Below, piece by piece: positions 52,309-63,413 of a stretch of DNA of 64,000 nt. A program made the position numbers and the translations under genes. Under the pieces are notes generated by a model that had not been told where the DNA came from, made no database searches, and saw only the letters and a list, made by a program, of their open reading frames with translations. How positions within the stretch are numbered: the stretch's first letter is position 1; each line of letters starts with the position of its first letter. The DNA lies in assembly GCF_963921235.1 (NCBI RefSeq), contig NC_086097.1, forward strand, positions 115,384,001-115,448,000, read 5' to 3'. Source of the stretch: Mobula hypostoma. Taxonomy: Eukaryota.

Positions 52309-52344
52309 AGTCGACGTTTCAGGCCGAGACCCTTCGTCAGGACT
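52309..52344 (-). ncRNA. Minimal hammerhead ribozyme in the Penelope 3' pseudo-LTR
   Basis: AGUC CUGACGA AGGGUCUCGGCCU GAAAC GUC GACU; predicted cleavage between 52313 and 52312. Confidence 0.8.
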
Positions 52345-52641
52345 AACTGAAGGAAGAGTGAGTAAGGGATTTGAAAGCTGGAGGGGGAGGGGGAGATGCA
52401 AAATGATAGGAGAAGACAGGAGGGGGAGGGATAGAGCCGAGAGCTGGACAGGTGATAGGCAAAAGGGGATACGAGAGGATCATGGGACAGGAGGTCCGGG
52501 AAGAAAGACGGGGGGGGGGGGGTTGACCCAGAGGATGGGCAAGACGTATATTCAGAGGGACAGAGGGAGAAAAAGGAGAGTGAGAGAAAGAATGTATGCA
52601 TAAAAATGAGTAACAGCTGGGGTACGAGGGGGAGGTGGGGC

Positions 52642-55600
52642 CTAGCGGAAGTTAGAGAAGTCAATGTTCATGCCATCAGATTGGAGGCTACCCAGACGGA
52701 ATATAAGGTGTTGTTCCTCCAACCTGAGTGTGGCTTCATCTTTACAGTAGAGGAGGCCGTGGATAGACATGTCAGAATGGGAATGGGATGTGGAATTAAA
52801 ATGTGTGGCCACTGGGAGATCCTGCTTTCTCTGGCGGACAGAGCGTAGATGTTCAGCAAAGCGGTCTCCCAGTCTGCGTCGGGTCTCACCAATATATAAA
52901 AGGCCACATCGGGAGCACCGGACGCAGTATATCACCCCAGTCGACTCACAGGTGAAGTGATGCCTCACCTGGAAGGACTGTTTGGGGCCCTGAATGGTGG
53001 TAAGGGAGGAAGTGTAAGGGCATGTGTAGCACTTGTTCCGCTTACACGGATAAGTGCCAGGAGGGAGATCAGTGGGGAGGGATGGGGGGGACGAATGGAC
53101 AAGGGAGTTGTGTAGGGAGCGATCCCTGCGGAATGCAGAGAGAGGGGGGGAGGGAAAGATGTGCTTAGTGGTGGGATCCCGTTGGAGGTGGCGGAAGTTA
53201 CGGAGAATTATATGTTGGACCCGGAGGCTGGTGGGGTGGTAGGTGAGGACCAGGGGAACCCTATTCCTAGTGGGGTGGTGGGAGGATGGAGTGAGAGCAG
53301 ATGTACGTGAAATGGGGGAGATGCGTTTAAGAGCAGAGTTGATAGTGGAGGAAGGGAAGCCCCTTTCTTTAAAAAAGGAAGACATCTCCCTCGTCCTAGA
53401 ATGAAAAGCCTCATCCTGAGAGCAGATGCGGCGGAGATGGAGGAATTGCGAGAAGGGGATGGCGTTTTTGCAAGAGACAGGGTGAGAAGAGGAATAGTCC
53501 AGATAGCTGTGAGAGTCAGTAGGCTTATAGTAGACATCAGTGGATAAGCTGTCTCCAGAGACAGAGACAGAAAGATCTAGAAAGGGGAGGGAGGTGTTGG
53601 AAATGGACCAGGTAAACTTGAGGGCAGGGTGAAAGTTGGAGGCAAAGTTAATAAAGTCAACGAGTTCTGCATGCGTGCAGGAAGCAGCGCCAATGCAGTC
53701 GTCGATGTAGCGAAGGAAAAGTGGGGGACAGATACCAGAATAGGCACGGAACATGGATTGTTCCACAAACCCAACAAAAAGGCAGGCATAGCTAGGACTC
53801 ATACGGGTGCCCATAGCTACTCCTTTAGTTTGGAGGAAATGGGAGGAGCAAAAGGAGAAATTATTAAGAGTAAGGACTAATTCCGCTAGACGGAGCAGAG
53901 TGGTGGTAGAGGGGAACTGATTAGGTCTGGAATCCAAAAAGAAGCATAGAGCTTTGAGACCTTCCTGATGGGGGATGGAAGTATATAAGGACTGGACATC
54001 CATGGTGAAAATAAAGCGGTGGGGGCCAGGGAACTTAAAATCATCGAAAAGTTTAAGAGCGTGAGAAGTGTCACGAACATAGGTCGGAAGGGATTGAACA
54101 AGGGGTGATAAAACAGTGTCGAGGTATGCAGAAACGAGTTCGGTGGGGCAGGAGCAAGCTGAGACAATAGGTCGGCCAGGACAAGCAGGTTTGTGGATCT
54201 TGGGTAGGAGGTAGAAACAGGAAGTGCGGGGTGTGGGAACTATAAGGTTGGTAGCAGTGGATGGGAGATCCCCTGAGCGGATAAAGTCGTTGATAGTGTG
54301 GGAGACAATGGCCTGGTGCTCCTTTGTGGGGTCACGATCGAGGGGTAAATAAGAGGAGGTATCCGCGAGTTGTCGCTGTGCCTCGGCAAGGTAGAGGTCA
54401 GTACGCCAGACTACAACAGCACCTCCTTTATCAGCAGGTTTAATAATAATGTTAGGATTAGTGCGGAGGGAGTGGAGAGCAGAGCGTTCCAAAGGAGTGA
54501 GGTTGGAATGGGGACAAGGTGCAGTAAAGTCGAGACGGTTGATGTCCCGTCGGCAGTTAGCAATAAAGAGATCCAGAGCAGGCAGAAGACCAGAGCGGGG
54601 TGTCCATGAAGAAGAGGAGGGTTGAAGACGGGAGAAGGGGTCATCGGTGGGGGTGGAAGAGTCCTTGCCTAAGAAGTAGGCTCGGAGACGGTGGAAGAAA
54701 AGTTCCGCATCGTGGCGAACACGGAACTCGCTGAGTTGTGGTCGAAGGGGGACAAACGTGAGGCCCTTACTGAGAACAGAGCGTTCTGCCTCCGACAGTT
54801 GAAGGTCGGAGGGGATGGTAAAGACCCGGCACAGATGAGAGTTGGGATCAGAGGGGGGAGAGGGGAGGCTGGGGGTGTCAATGGAGAGGGGAGGGTTGGG
54901 GTGAGAGGAAGATGGAGCCTCTGAGGGCCCAGGAGTTGACGGTGGGATCTGAGGAAGACGGGGTTGCAGAGTGGTGGTGGGGGAAGGGGAGACGGGAGTC
55001 ACAATAGCAGCACATAAAGACCCGGCCTGGAGTTCAAGGCTGGAGTCGCAGTTGGTGGTTGCGTAATCATTTCGAATGTGTCCATGGTCGTTGCTGGAGT
55101 CCGGGTTTTGAATATGCCCTGAGGTGTTGGAGCCGCCGAGATCAATGGCAGGCGCCGCAATTGAAAGTTCATGCCTGCTAGCGTCGGGGCCAGCAGGCTC
55201 TGGAGTCCGTAGATGTAAGATCTTGCAATCTTTGCCTAACATGACAAAGTCAAAAAAACGGCGATTGCAGGCGTGGATCCGACGGAGGATGAAATAACGG
55301 GTAGGACCATTACAGACGGCGAAGAAAGTGTCCCGAAGGTGTGGAAGGGTCTGGGATAGGGACACCAAGTACCTCCTCATGGCGGAGACCGTCGCCTTCA
55401 GAGCTTGACGGGAGAAGCGGCGAGAGGCAGAGTCAATAAAATGTGAGTACCTGGGATCCTCAGAAGGTCCAAATTGAGAGGCTTGGAAACGAATCCTAAA
55501 GCCAACTGGAGTAAGTTGGCGACGGAGGCACGTTCCAAGAAAGGATACATGGCTGTGATAGCGAGTCTGAGTCGAAGTGTGGTCGAAAAGTTGAAGAGCC

Positions 55601-55686
55601 GAAGAAATTACAGATGGGGAGCAGTGAGAGATGGTTTCACTGAACTCCCGTCGAAGAGAGGATCTAAACTTCTTCGGTGTAGGCAT
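52642..55686 (-). CDS. Penelope-like reverse transcriptase / GIY-YIG endonuclease, 1014 aa from first ATG (MPTPKK)
   Basis: ADKGG, YLLPKIHK, RPIVS, DVQSLYT, GVAMG, RYIDD and YYKPT motifs; Cys linker CKRNKCYTC; GVIYCVRCSRCGLLYIGET...RFAEH; no stops; the ORF-track start at 55764 is GTG. Confidence 0.95.
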   Translation of the reverse strand: MPTPKKFRSSLRREFSETISHCSPSVISSALQLFDHTSTQTRYHSHVSFLGTCLRRQLTPVGFRIRFQASQFGPSEDPRYSHFIDSASRRFSRQALKATVSAMRRYLVSLSQTLPHLRDTFFAVCNGPTRYFILRRIHACNRRFFDFVMLGKDCKILHLRTPEPAGPDASRHELSIAAPAIDLGGSNTSGHIQNPDSSNDHGHIRNDYATTNCDSSLELQAGSLCAAIVTPVSPSPTTTLQPRLPQIPPSTPGPSEAPSSSHPNPPLSIDTPSLPSPPSDPNSHLCRVFTIPSDLQLSEAERSVLSKGLTFVPLRPQLSEFRVRHDAELFFHRLRAYFLGKDSSTPTDDPFSRLQPSSSSWTPRSGLLPALDLFIANCRRDINRLDFTAPCPHSNLTPLERSALHSLRTNPNIIIKPADKGGAVVVWRTDLYLAEAQRQLADTSSYLPLDRDPTKEHQAIVSHTINDFIRSGDLPSTATNLIVPTPRTSCFYLLPKIHKPACPGRPIVSACSCPTELVSAYLDTVLSPLVQSLPTYVRDTSHALKLFDDFKFPGPHRFIFTMDVQSLYTSIPHQEGLKALCFFLDSRPNQFPSTTTLLRLAELVLTLNNFSFCSSHFLQTKGVAMGTRMSPSYACLFVGFVEQSMFRAYSGICPPLFLRYIDDCIGAASCTHAELVDFINFASNFHPALKFTWSISNTSLPFLDLSVSVSGDSLSTDVYYKPTDSHSYLDYSSSHPVSCKNAIPFSQFLHLRRICSQDEAFHSRTREMSSFFKERGFPSSTINSALKRISPISRTSALTPSSHHPTRNRVPLVLTYHPTSLRVQHIILRNFRHLQRDPTTKHIFPSPPLSAFRRDRSLHNSLVHSSPPSLPTDLPPGTYPCKRNKCYTCPYTSSLTTIQGPKQSFQVRHHFTCESTGVIYCVRCSRCGLLYIGETRRRLGDRFAEHLRSVRQRKQDLPVATHFNSTSHSHSDMSIHGLLYCKDEATLRLEEQHLIFRLGSLQSDGMNIDFSNFR

Positions 55687-55876
55687 CACCGGAAGAGGCT
55701 TCGCAGTAGTGAATTTAAACGCAAACAACAGGAATTCTGCAGATGCTGGAAATTCAAGCAACACACATCAAAGTTGCTGGTGAACGCAGCAGGCCAGGCA
55801 GCATTAGGGTGCAGAACTGCTATTTCTCTTGTATTTCATGCTATTTAACTTTCCTATACTTGCTTGTATTTTTATA

Positions 55877-58000
55877 TAATCAGAGTCAGGTTTAATATAA
55901 CCAGTGTACATCGTGAAATTTGTTAACTTTGCAGCAGCAGTACAATGCAATACATGATAAATATAGAAAAATTGAATTACAGTAAATATATATATATATA
56001 CTAAACAGTTAAATTAAAATATGTAGGGCAAAAGCAGAATTTAAAGAAAGTAGTGAGGTAGTGTTCATGGGTTTAATGTCCATTTAGGAATTTTATGGCA
56101 GAGGGCAAGGAGCTGTTCCTGAATCATTGAGTGTATGCCTTTAGGCTTCTATACCTCCTTCCTGATGGTAGCAATGAGAAGAGGGCGTGTACTGGGTGGC
56201 GGGGTCCTTATTGATGGACACTGCCTTTCTGAGGCACTGCTCCTTGAAGATATCTTGGATACTACAGAGGTTATTAGTCAAGGTGGACCTGACTAATCTT
56301 ACAACTTTCAGCAGCTTACTTCGATCCTGTGCAGTAGCTCTCCATAACAGACGGTGATGTAGTCTGTCAGAATTCTCACCACGGTACATCTGTAGAAGTT
56401 TTCAAGTGTTTTAGGTGACAAATCATATCTCCTCAAACTGTAAATGAAATGTAGCTGCTGTCTTGCTTTCTTTATAGCCGCATCAATATGTGGGTCCAGG
56501 TTAAGTCCTCAGAGATATTGACAACAAGGAGCTTGCAATTTCTCACTCTCTCCGCTTGTGATCCCTCTGTGAGGATTGATGTGTATTCCTCGTCTTACCC
56601 TTTCTGAAGTCCACAACAACCTTTTGGCACACAACATTGAGTGCAGGGTTGTTGCTGCAACCCCACTCAACTAGCTGGCATAACTCGCTCCTGTACGCCC
56701 TCTTGTGTCCATCTGAGATTCTGCCAGCAATGGTTGTATCACCAGAAAATTTATGGATGGCATTTGATCTATGCCTAGCCACACTGTCATGGGTGTAGAG
56801 AGAGTAGAGCAGTGGGCTAAGCACACACCTCTGAGGTGCGCCAGTATTGCTTATCAGGGAGGTGAAGGTGTTATTACTAATCCATAGAGATTGTGGTCTT
56901 TCAGTTAGAAAGTTAAGGATCCATTTGGAAATGGAGGCAGAGAGGCCCAGGTTCTGTGGCTTTTTGAGCAGGACTGTAGGAATGAAGCTTTTAAACACTG
57001 AGTTATAGTCAGTAAACAGCATCCTGACATAGGTATTAGCATTGTCCAGATGATCCAAGGTCGCGTGGAGAGCCATTAAGAGCGTGTCTGCCTTAGACCT
57101 ATTGTGGCAATAGGTAAATTGCAGTGGTCCAAGTCCTTTCTCAGGCAAGGATTGATTCTAGCCATGATCACCCTCTGAAAGTACTTCATCACCGTAGATG
57201 TGAGAGTGACTGGACAATAGTTGTTGAGGTAGCTCACACTGCTCTTTTTGGGCACCGGTATAATTGTTGCCCTTTTAAAGCAAGTGGGAACTTCTAACTG
57301 TAGTGGTGAGAGATTGAAAATGTCTTTGAATAACCTGCCAGTTAGCTGGCATGTTTTCAGAGCCTGTCCAGGTACTCCATCATGGCCTGCTGCTTCACGA
57401 GGGTTCACCTTCCTGGAAGGCCGCCTGACATCGGCTTCCAAGACAGAGATCTCAGGGTCACCGGATGTAGCAGGGATTCTCACATCTGAGGTTATGTTCT
57501 CCTTTTCAAAGTGGATATAGAAGGCGTTTACCTCATCTGGCAGTGAAACATCACTGTCATTCATGATCACGAGGAAATCTGCAGATGCTGGACTTTCAAG
57601 CAACCCACATAAAAGTTGCTGGTGAACACAGCAGGCCAGGCAGCATCTCTAGGAAGAGGTACAGTCGACTTCATCCTGACGAAGGGTCTCGGCCCGTAAC
57701 GTCGACTGTACCTCTTCCTAGAGATGCTGCCTGGCCTGCTGCATTCACCAGCAACTTTTATGTGGGTTGCCTGTCATTCATGATGTTGGGTTTCACTTTG
57801 TAGGAAGTAATGGCCTGAAAGCTCTGCCAGAGTTGACGTGCATCCGCTGCCACCTCCAAACTTGCTTGGAATTGTTTCTTAGCTCTTGAAATAACCCTCC
57901 ACATGTTATATCTGGTTTTCTTGTACAGATCTGGGTCACCAGACTTAAATGTCATAGGTCTAGCTCAGGAAGACTATGAACCTCCTGGTTCATCCATGGC
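55877..58000 (-). mobile_element. Rex1/Babar LINE (RT + 3' end), degraded, with a Penelope insertion
   Basis: CFKRATIIPVPKK, YCPVTLTS, YVRMLFTDYNSVF, GAPQRCVLSPLLYSLYT, KFSGDTT. Confidence 0.9.
57568..57770. mobile_element. 203-bp Penelope fold-back mini-element with HHR and a 14-bp TSD
   Basis: 70-bp IR (57600-57669 / 57701-57770); HHR core in the loop (57672-57707); TSD CTGTCATTCATGAT at 57554-57567 and 57771-57784. Confidence 0.93.
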
Positions 58001-60094
58001 TTTTTGGGAATCACCTATATACAGGCAATTGGTCAGTGAACTTTCTAGTAATTACTATGCAACTGTTTCAGTATGTTTCTAGAAGTTTATTTTTCTGTAG
58101 CAGGTGTCAAACCACTTGAATCTGGCTATTTTATAGGTTAATTGTTACCACTGGAATTTTGTTAGTGAGTATGAGATGTGCTTGATGCCTTTTCCTTTGT
58201 CTTTTCTGTATTCCTTCTTTGTTTGTTGTTTGTTCTTGTAATGATTAATAAAACAGTTGTAAGCAACAAGTTTTATGCCTCATTTTTGACTTCCAAAGAA
58301 CCTCTGGTTTGCACAAACACTAGGATCCAGCAGTTCTCATTGCTGGAGGTTAGTAAGCTTTGTTTAGCACATTGCTCTCAAAGATTCTCAGACCAGTGGC
58401 ATCAACCCAACATTCATCTGCTGCTTCATCAATGACCATCTTTACATCAGAAGGTCAGAAATGGGAATGTCCATTGATAACTATCAGTGTTCCATTCTAC
58501 AAGAAATGAAGTAGTTCATTCCTCAACACAGTAGGACCTCAGTTATATCTGAGCCATAAAATAATCAGAGAATAACCATCTCCAGCAAGAGAGAGACCTA
58601 TCCTTGGCATTGAGTGTCAGTACAATCATCTGGTATTCTCCAAGGGTCACCACTGACCAGGAAGTAAACAAGACACATAAAATTGTGGCTAGGTGAGCTG
58701 GCCAGAGGCTGGGTTGCCTATGGTGATTGACTCACCTTCTAACAAAGCCATCTCTGCAAAGCACAAGTTGGAAGTCAAAATGGAATATTCTTGACTTGCC
58801 TGAATGAGTGTGATTCCAGCAATCCTCAAGAAGCTGTACACCACCCTGTGAAACAGCTGATCCAACAGTCTGAACATTCACCCCCATCTGAAGTGAACTA
58901 CGGGTGCTGTGTGTGCCTTCTTTAGGGATACCTTCACCTGAAGAACAACAATCAAATAAGGCCCCTCACTACCAGCTTTTCAAGGGCAATTGGTTATAGA
59001 AATAAATGCTGGCCCTTAGAACACCTCCACCAGAATTATGAGCCTACCTTCCCTTGAATAACTACAATTACTCAAAAAATGCTGCTCTCCACCATGTTCT
59101 CAAGAGCAATAAATGAGTGAAGTGAGTGAAGTGAGTGAAGGCCTCATTTTGAAAAAACAAGTAATGAAAACAAGATCATGCTAAGCTGAGAAACAGAAGT
59201 AGCAGGACTTGAGGACATATTGGACGGCAGCTCCTCGGTAAAACAAAGAACTGCTACCCTCAAAGGCCTTCAACTGAGACCTTTTTCAGTTAAAATATTC
59301 TGGTTCTTGGGAAATGATTGTCACAACAAGCAAAATCTCAAGAAGCCAGAGGATTGGCAGGTTGATCAATTAACAGCTGAATAGCCTCAAGAAAATCACA
59401 GTATGATTCAACAGAGTCAACACAGTTTTATGAAGGGAAATCATGTTTGACAATTCTGTTACTGGTATTTGAGTGTATAGCCAATGGATATGGACAGCTA
59501 TTTTCAGAAGATATTTAATAAGCTGCCACTGCATAAGTTGTCACACAGAATTAGAGCTCCTGAGACAATGAGTTATACTGTATATTTGGATGGATCAAGG
59601 CTTGGACAAAAAACAGTAAACAGAAAACAATTATTAAAGATCTTATTATAAGTGAGACAGGGTGTGACATTATGGTATGCAAGGACAAATGTTTGGGCTT
59701 CAGTTGTTTTCAGTCCTTCTAAATGACTCACTTAAGGGGACAACATAACTTACCAGGACATGAACTTTCTGTTCTTATTTTCATTTCAGCTTGCAAGTGT
59801 ATCTTTTGTCTTTTATTAATGTTTGGTAAATTGGATAATTTGCTTATTAATAAACCTCAGTTAAGAGATGCATCAGCTTTCAGTCTTCCACAGAAGTGCA
59901 GGATGTTAAATTTGATTAACAATGTTCCAAGAGGGAAGGGACTGTGCACTTGCACATTTTCCTTGCTAGCAATTGCAGAACTTCCTATTTCATTCTCATC
60001 ATTATGAACTTAAACAGGAAACTTACTGTTGTGTCATTCTGTATAGCATGGCTTACATCAAGTGTTATCTTATTACAGACACTCCTCGCTCTAG

Positions 60095-60490
60095 AGTCAT
60101 AGTAATAAAGCACCCTAGCAGAGAAACAGACCCTTCAGCCCATCCAGTCTGTAGTGAACTGTTATTCTGCCTGGTCCCATCAAACACCACCTGGACCACA
60201 TCTCTCCATAGCCCTCTCATCCATGTACTTCTCTTAAATGTGGAAATCAAACCCACACTCACACTCTCCCTTTGAGTAAAGAAGTTCCCCCTCAGGTTCC
60301 CCTGACATAGTTCAGCTTTCACTTTAAACTTATGATCTTTAGTTCTATCACAGCCAACCTCAGTGGAAAATGCCTGATAACATTTATCCTATCTGTAGAC
60401 CTTATAATTCTGTATACCTCTGTCATATCTGCCCTCATTCCCTATGTTCCAGGCAATAAAATCCTAAAATTTTCAACCTTTCCCTGTATC
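60095..60490 (-). mobile_element. CR1 3' end
   Basis: LRGNFFTQR...FKR on minus; CR1 3' UTR motif ggatgggctgaagggtctgtttct. Confidence 0.75.
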
Positions 60491-61764
60491 TCCTTCCCTA
60501 TAACACTGAATCATAAATCATTTTTGAAAGCCTTTGGAAAATGCTTGAAGTTAAGTTAATGCATGTGGCAGAGTTTATGCTGTTGGGGCACTTCTGTAAC
60601 ACAACTTATCAATGAATCCATCTCATTGATCCCCAATTGAACAACTTCCTAATGAAATTCAAAGGGTGACATTTTACTGTTCATCATGTTTTCCTTGTAC
60701 TTTAGTTCCAATTTCTCTGAGTGATTGCTTTACTGAGGCAGAAATTGAGATAGCAGCTAAAGATAGCACCAGAGGACGACATCTTCCAGCCCATCAGGGG
60801 AACATTTTAAATTCTTCTTTTTCTAATGTCTCTGTTTTCCTGGCTGGGGTCCTGTTGGAGTCTGTGACCTACAACTGCACTCAAACTGTTGTTCTCCACG
60901 GCGGCATGTTCCCGTTTTGGATGTTGAACTGTTGGGATGAGCAGAAGTTTTTGATGGACTATAGACCATAGTCTCTCTTTGGGGCTTTGCTGTTGCTTGC
61001 ATGGTGGGTGGTGAGAATGCTGATGCTTTCTGTTGGAATAAATGGGGGGAGGGGTAGTGGGGAGGGTTGATGCTGCTTGTGGTGGGAAGGTGGCAGGGGG
61101 GATATGCGATTCTTACTTTTTTGTCATTCATTCTTTGGGCTTTTCTTCTGTTTCAAAGATGTCCGCGAAGAGTAAAAATTTCAGGTTGTATACTGTATAT
61201 ATTCTCTGATATTAAATGGAGCTATTGAAGCATTGAAACTGATATTTGGTGAGGCCTTATTTGGAATACCGTGTGCAATTTTGGTCTGCGAACTTTGGTG
61301 TTGATTTGCCCTGCTAGTATGATGAAATAAGTACTGAGGCTTTGGGCCTACTATGGGCTGCTGTGGGGATTTGGATTTGAGCAGTCAATTTGGTTTGGAA
61401 TGCTGTTGTTGTTGCTCGATCCTATTGTTTGCATGACTTGTTTTGTTCAGTTTTTCTCTTTTCCCTGTGGGATCCAGGGGTTGGTGTTTTTTAGAACTTT
61501 ACATATTTTTTTAATTGGGTTCTCTTGAATTCCTTGCTTTATAACTGCCTGTTCAGCAAACAAATTTCAAGGTTGTATAATTTAGACATTCTTTGGTAAT
61601 AAATGCACTTTGAATCTTTGAATCTTTGAGGTTTCAGGGCAAAGAAGTACACATCAGACAAAACAGGTCTGAAATCAAGGATGACATAGAAACCCAGAGT
61701 TATGCAGCAACAAAACAGACCCTTCATCCCAATCCTTCCATGGCAGCCAACGTGCCTTCATGAG

Positions 61765-62270
61765 CTACACACAACGAGCTGAAGGAACTCAATGGATCAA
61801 ACAGCATCTATAGAGGGAAATGTGTGGATTCAGGTGAGGTAAGTGATCGGCAAATGAGGATGAGGAGATGGATGGAGGCCAGCTGGATCAACAAAAAAGG
61901 GTAAAGGGACAGATGGGAGAAGTAACTGGCTCCCATAACCCTATCTCTTTCCCCTCCACATCCTCTCCATCTGCCCACTGGCTCCTACCTCCACTTCCAT
62001 AGTACACATTCCTCTACCATCAAGCTCCATCATCTTTATCCCTTAGTCACCTTCACTTTTTTCAACTTCCACCTTCTTGTATCATTTCCACTCTCCTAGT
62101 CTCTCATCTGCCAATCAATCCCTCACCCAAATCCTCCAGCTCTTGCTCCATGCCTTCTCTGCATCATTTCATAGTGCTATCTCCCTTCTCTTGTTCAGTC
62201 CAGATGATGGGTTTTGACCTGAAACATCAACTATCTATTCCCCTCCATAGATACGGTCTGACCTATTGTT
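61765..62270. repeat. Old Penelope tail fragments in inverted arrangement
   Basis: Minus-strand tail (gaaggaactc...cagcatctatagaggga) then CT-rich plus-strand tail with degenerate HHR cagtccagatgatggg...cctgaaacatcaact. Confidence 0.55.
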
Positions 62271-62379
62271 CCTCGTGACTGTCTTCACGAGATAGTCTCA
62301 TCTGCTTGCATTTTCTACCAGTCTAGACCTTTTCTATACAAGAAACTGTCCCAAGTGCCTTTGGGATGTTGTAAGTATC

Positions 62380-63055
62380 ATCACAAAGAAGGCACAACAA
62401 AACCTTTACGGTCTTAGAAGTTTGTGTAGATTTGGCATGTCATCAAAAACTCTGACAAACTTCTACAGTTGCACAGTGAAGAGTATTCTGATTGGTTGCA
62501 TCACTGCCTGGTATAGAAACACAAATGCCCATGAATGGAATCACCTACAAAAAAGTGCTGGAAACAGTACAGGCAAAGACCACCCCACCACTGAGCATAT
62601 CTACAAGGAGCACTTCCACAAGAAAGCAGCATCCATCATCAATGACTCCCACCGTCCAGGCCATGCTCTTTTCCCATTGCTGCCATCGGGAAGGAGGTAC
62701 AGGAGCCTTAGGCCCCACACCGCCAGGTTCAAGAACAGTTATTAACTATCAACCATCAGGCTTCTGAACTGGAGTGTATAGCTTCACTCACCTCAACTCT
62801 GAACTCATTCCACAATCACTTTCAAGTGTTCTCTAACTTATGTTTGCCGTATGATTTATTTACTTTTTAATATTTGCAATTTGTCTTCTTCTGCACATTG
62901 GTTGTTTTTTAGGCTTTGTGTACAGTCTTTCATTGATTCTATTGTATTTCTTTGTTCTATTGTGAGTGCCTGCAAGAAAATAAATGTTAAGGTAATGTGT
63001 TGACGTATACAGTATGCACTTTGGATAGTGGATCTTCCTCGAACTTTGAACTCTA
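62380..63055 (+). mobile_element. Rex1/Babar LINE 3' end
   Basis: NFYSCTVKSILIGCITAWY...HRPGHALFPLLPSGRRYRS...RFKNSY. Confidence 0.85.
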
Positions 63056-63413
63056 AACATTGCCTCCTCTCCTTCCTCTGCAGCTTGTCCAATATACCTA
63101 GCACCATCTGTGGCCACCTTTCAATATTGCCCCTCTCATCTTAAACATGTGCTGTCTAGTTTTAAACTTCCCTACCTTGGGAAACATTTTCTGAACGTTC
63201 ACTTTCTCAATGCCTCTCATTATTTTGTCAACCTTTATAAATTACCCCTCAGCCTCCTTCATTTCAGAGAAAACAGATCCAGCCTATTCAGTCAGTGAGA
63301 TCCAGCCTTCCCTCTTGACTCAAGCTCCCTTGTCCCGACACTATCCTGGTAAATCTTTCCTGCACCCTCTCCAGCTTAATATCATCTGTTCTATCGATTG
63401 GTGACCAGAGTTA

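Larger units (their letters stand above)
52244..55804 (-). mobile_element. Penelope-like element (Neptune-type), essentially full length
   Basis: Identical 49-bp direct terminal repeats (52244-52292 / 55756-55804); intact ORF; CT-rich 3' UTR with HHR; CpG-rich. Confidence 0.95.

Noticed and set aside
52200..55830. TSD for the full-length Penelope element
   Set aside because: No direct duplication visible in the flanks
59113..59140. (GAGTGAAGT)3 short tandem repeat
   Set aside because: Ordinary slippage repeat or LINE tail
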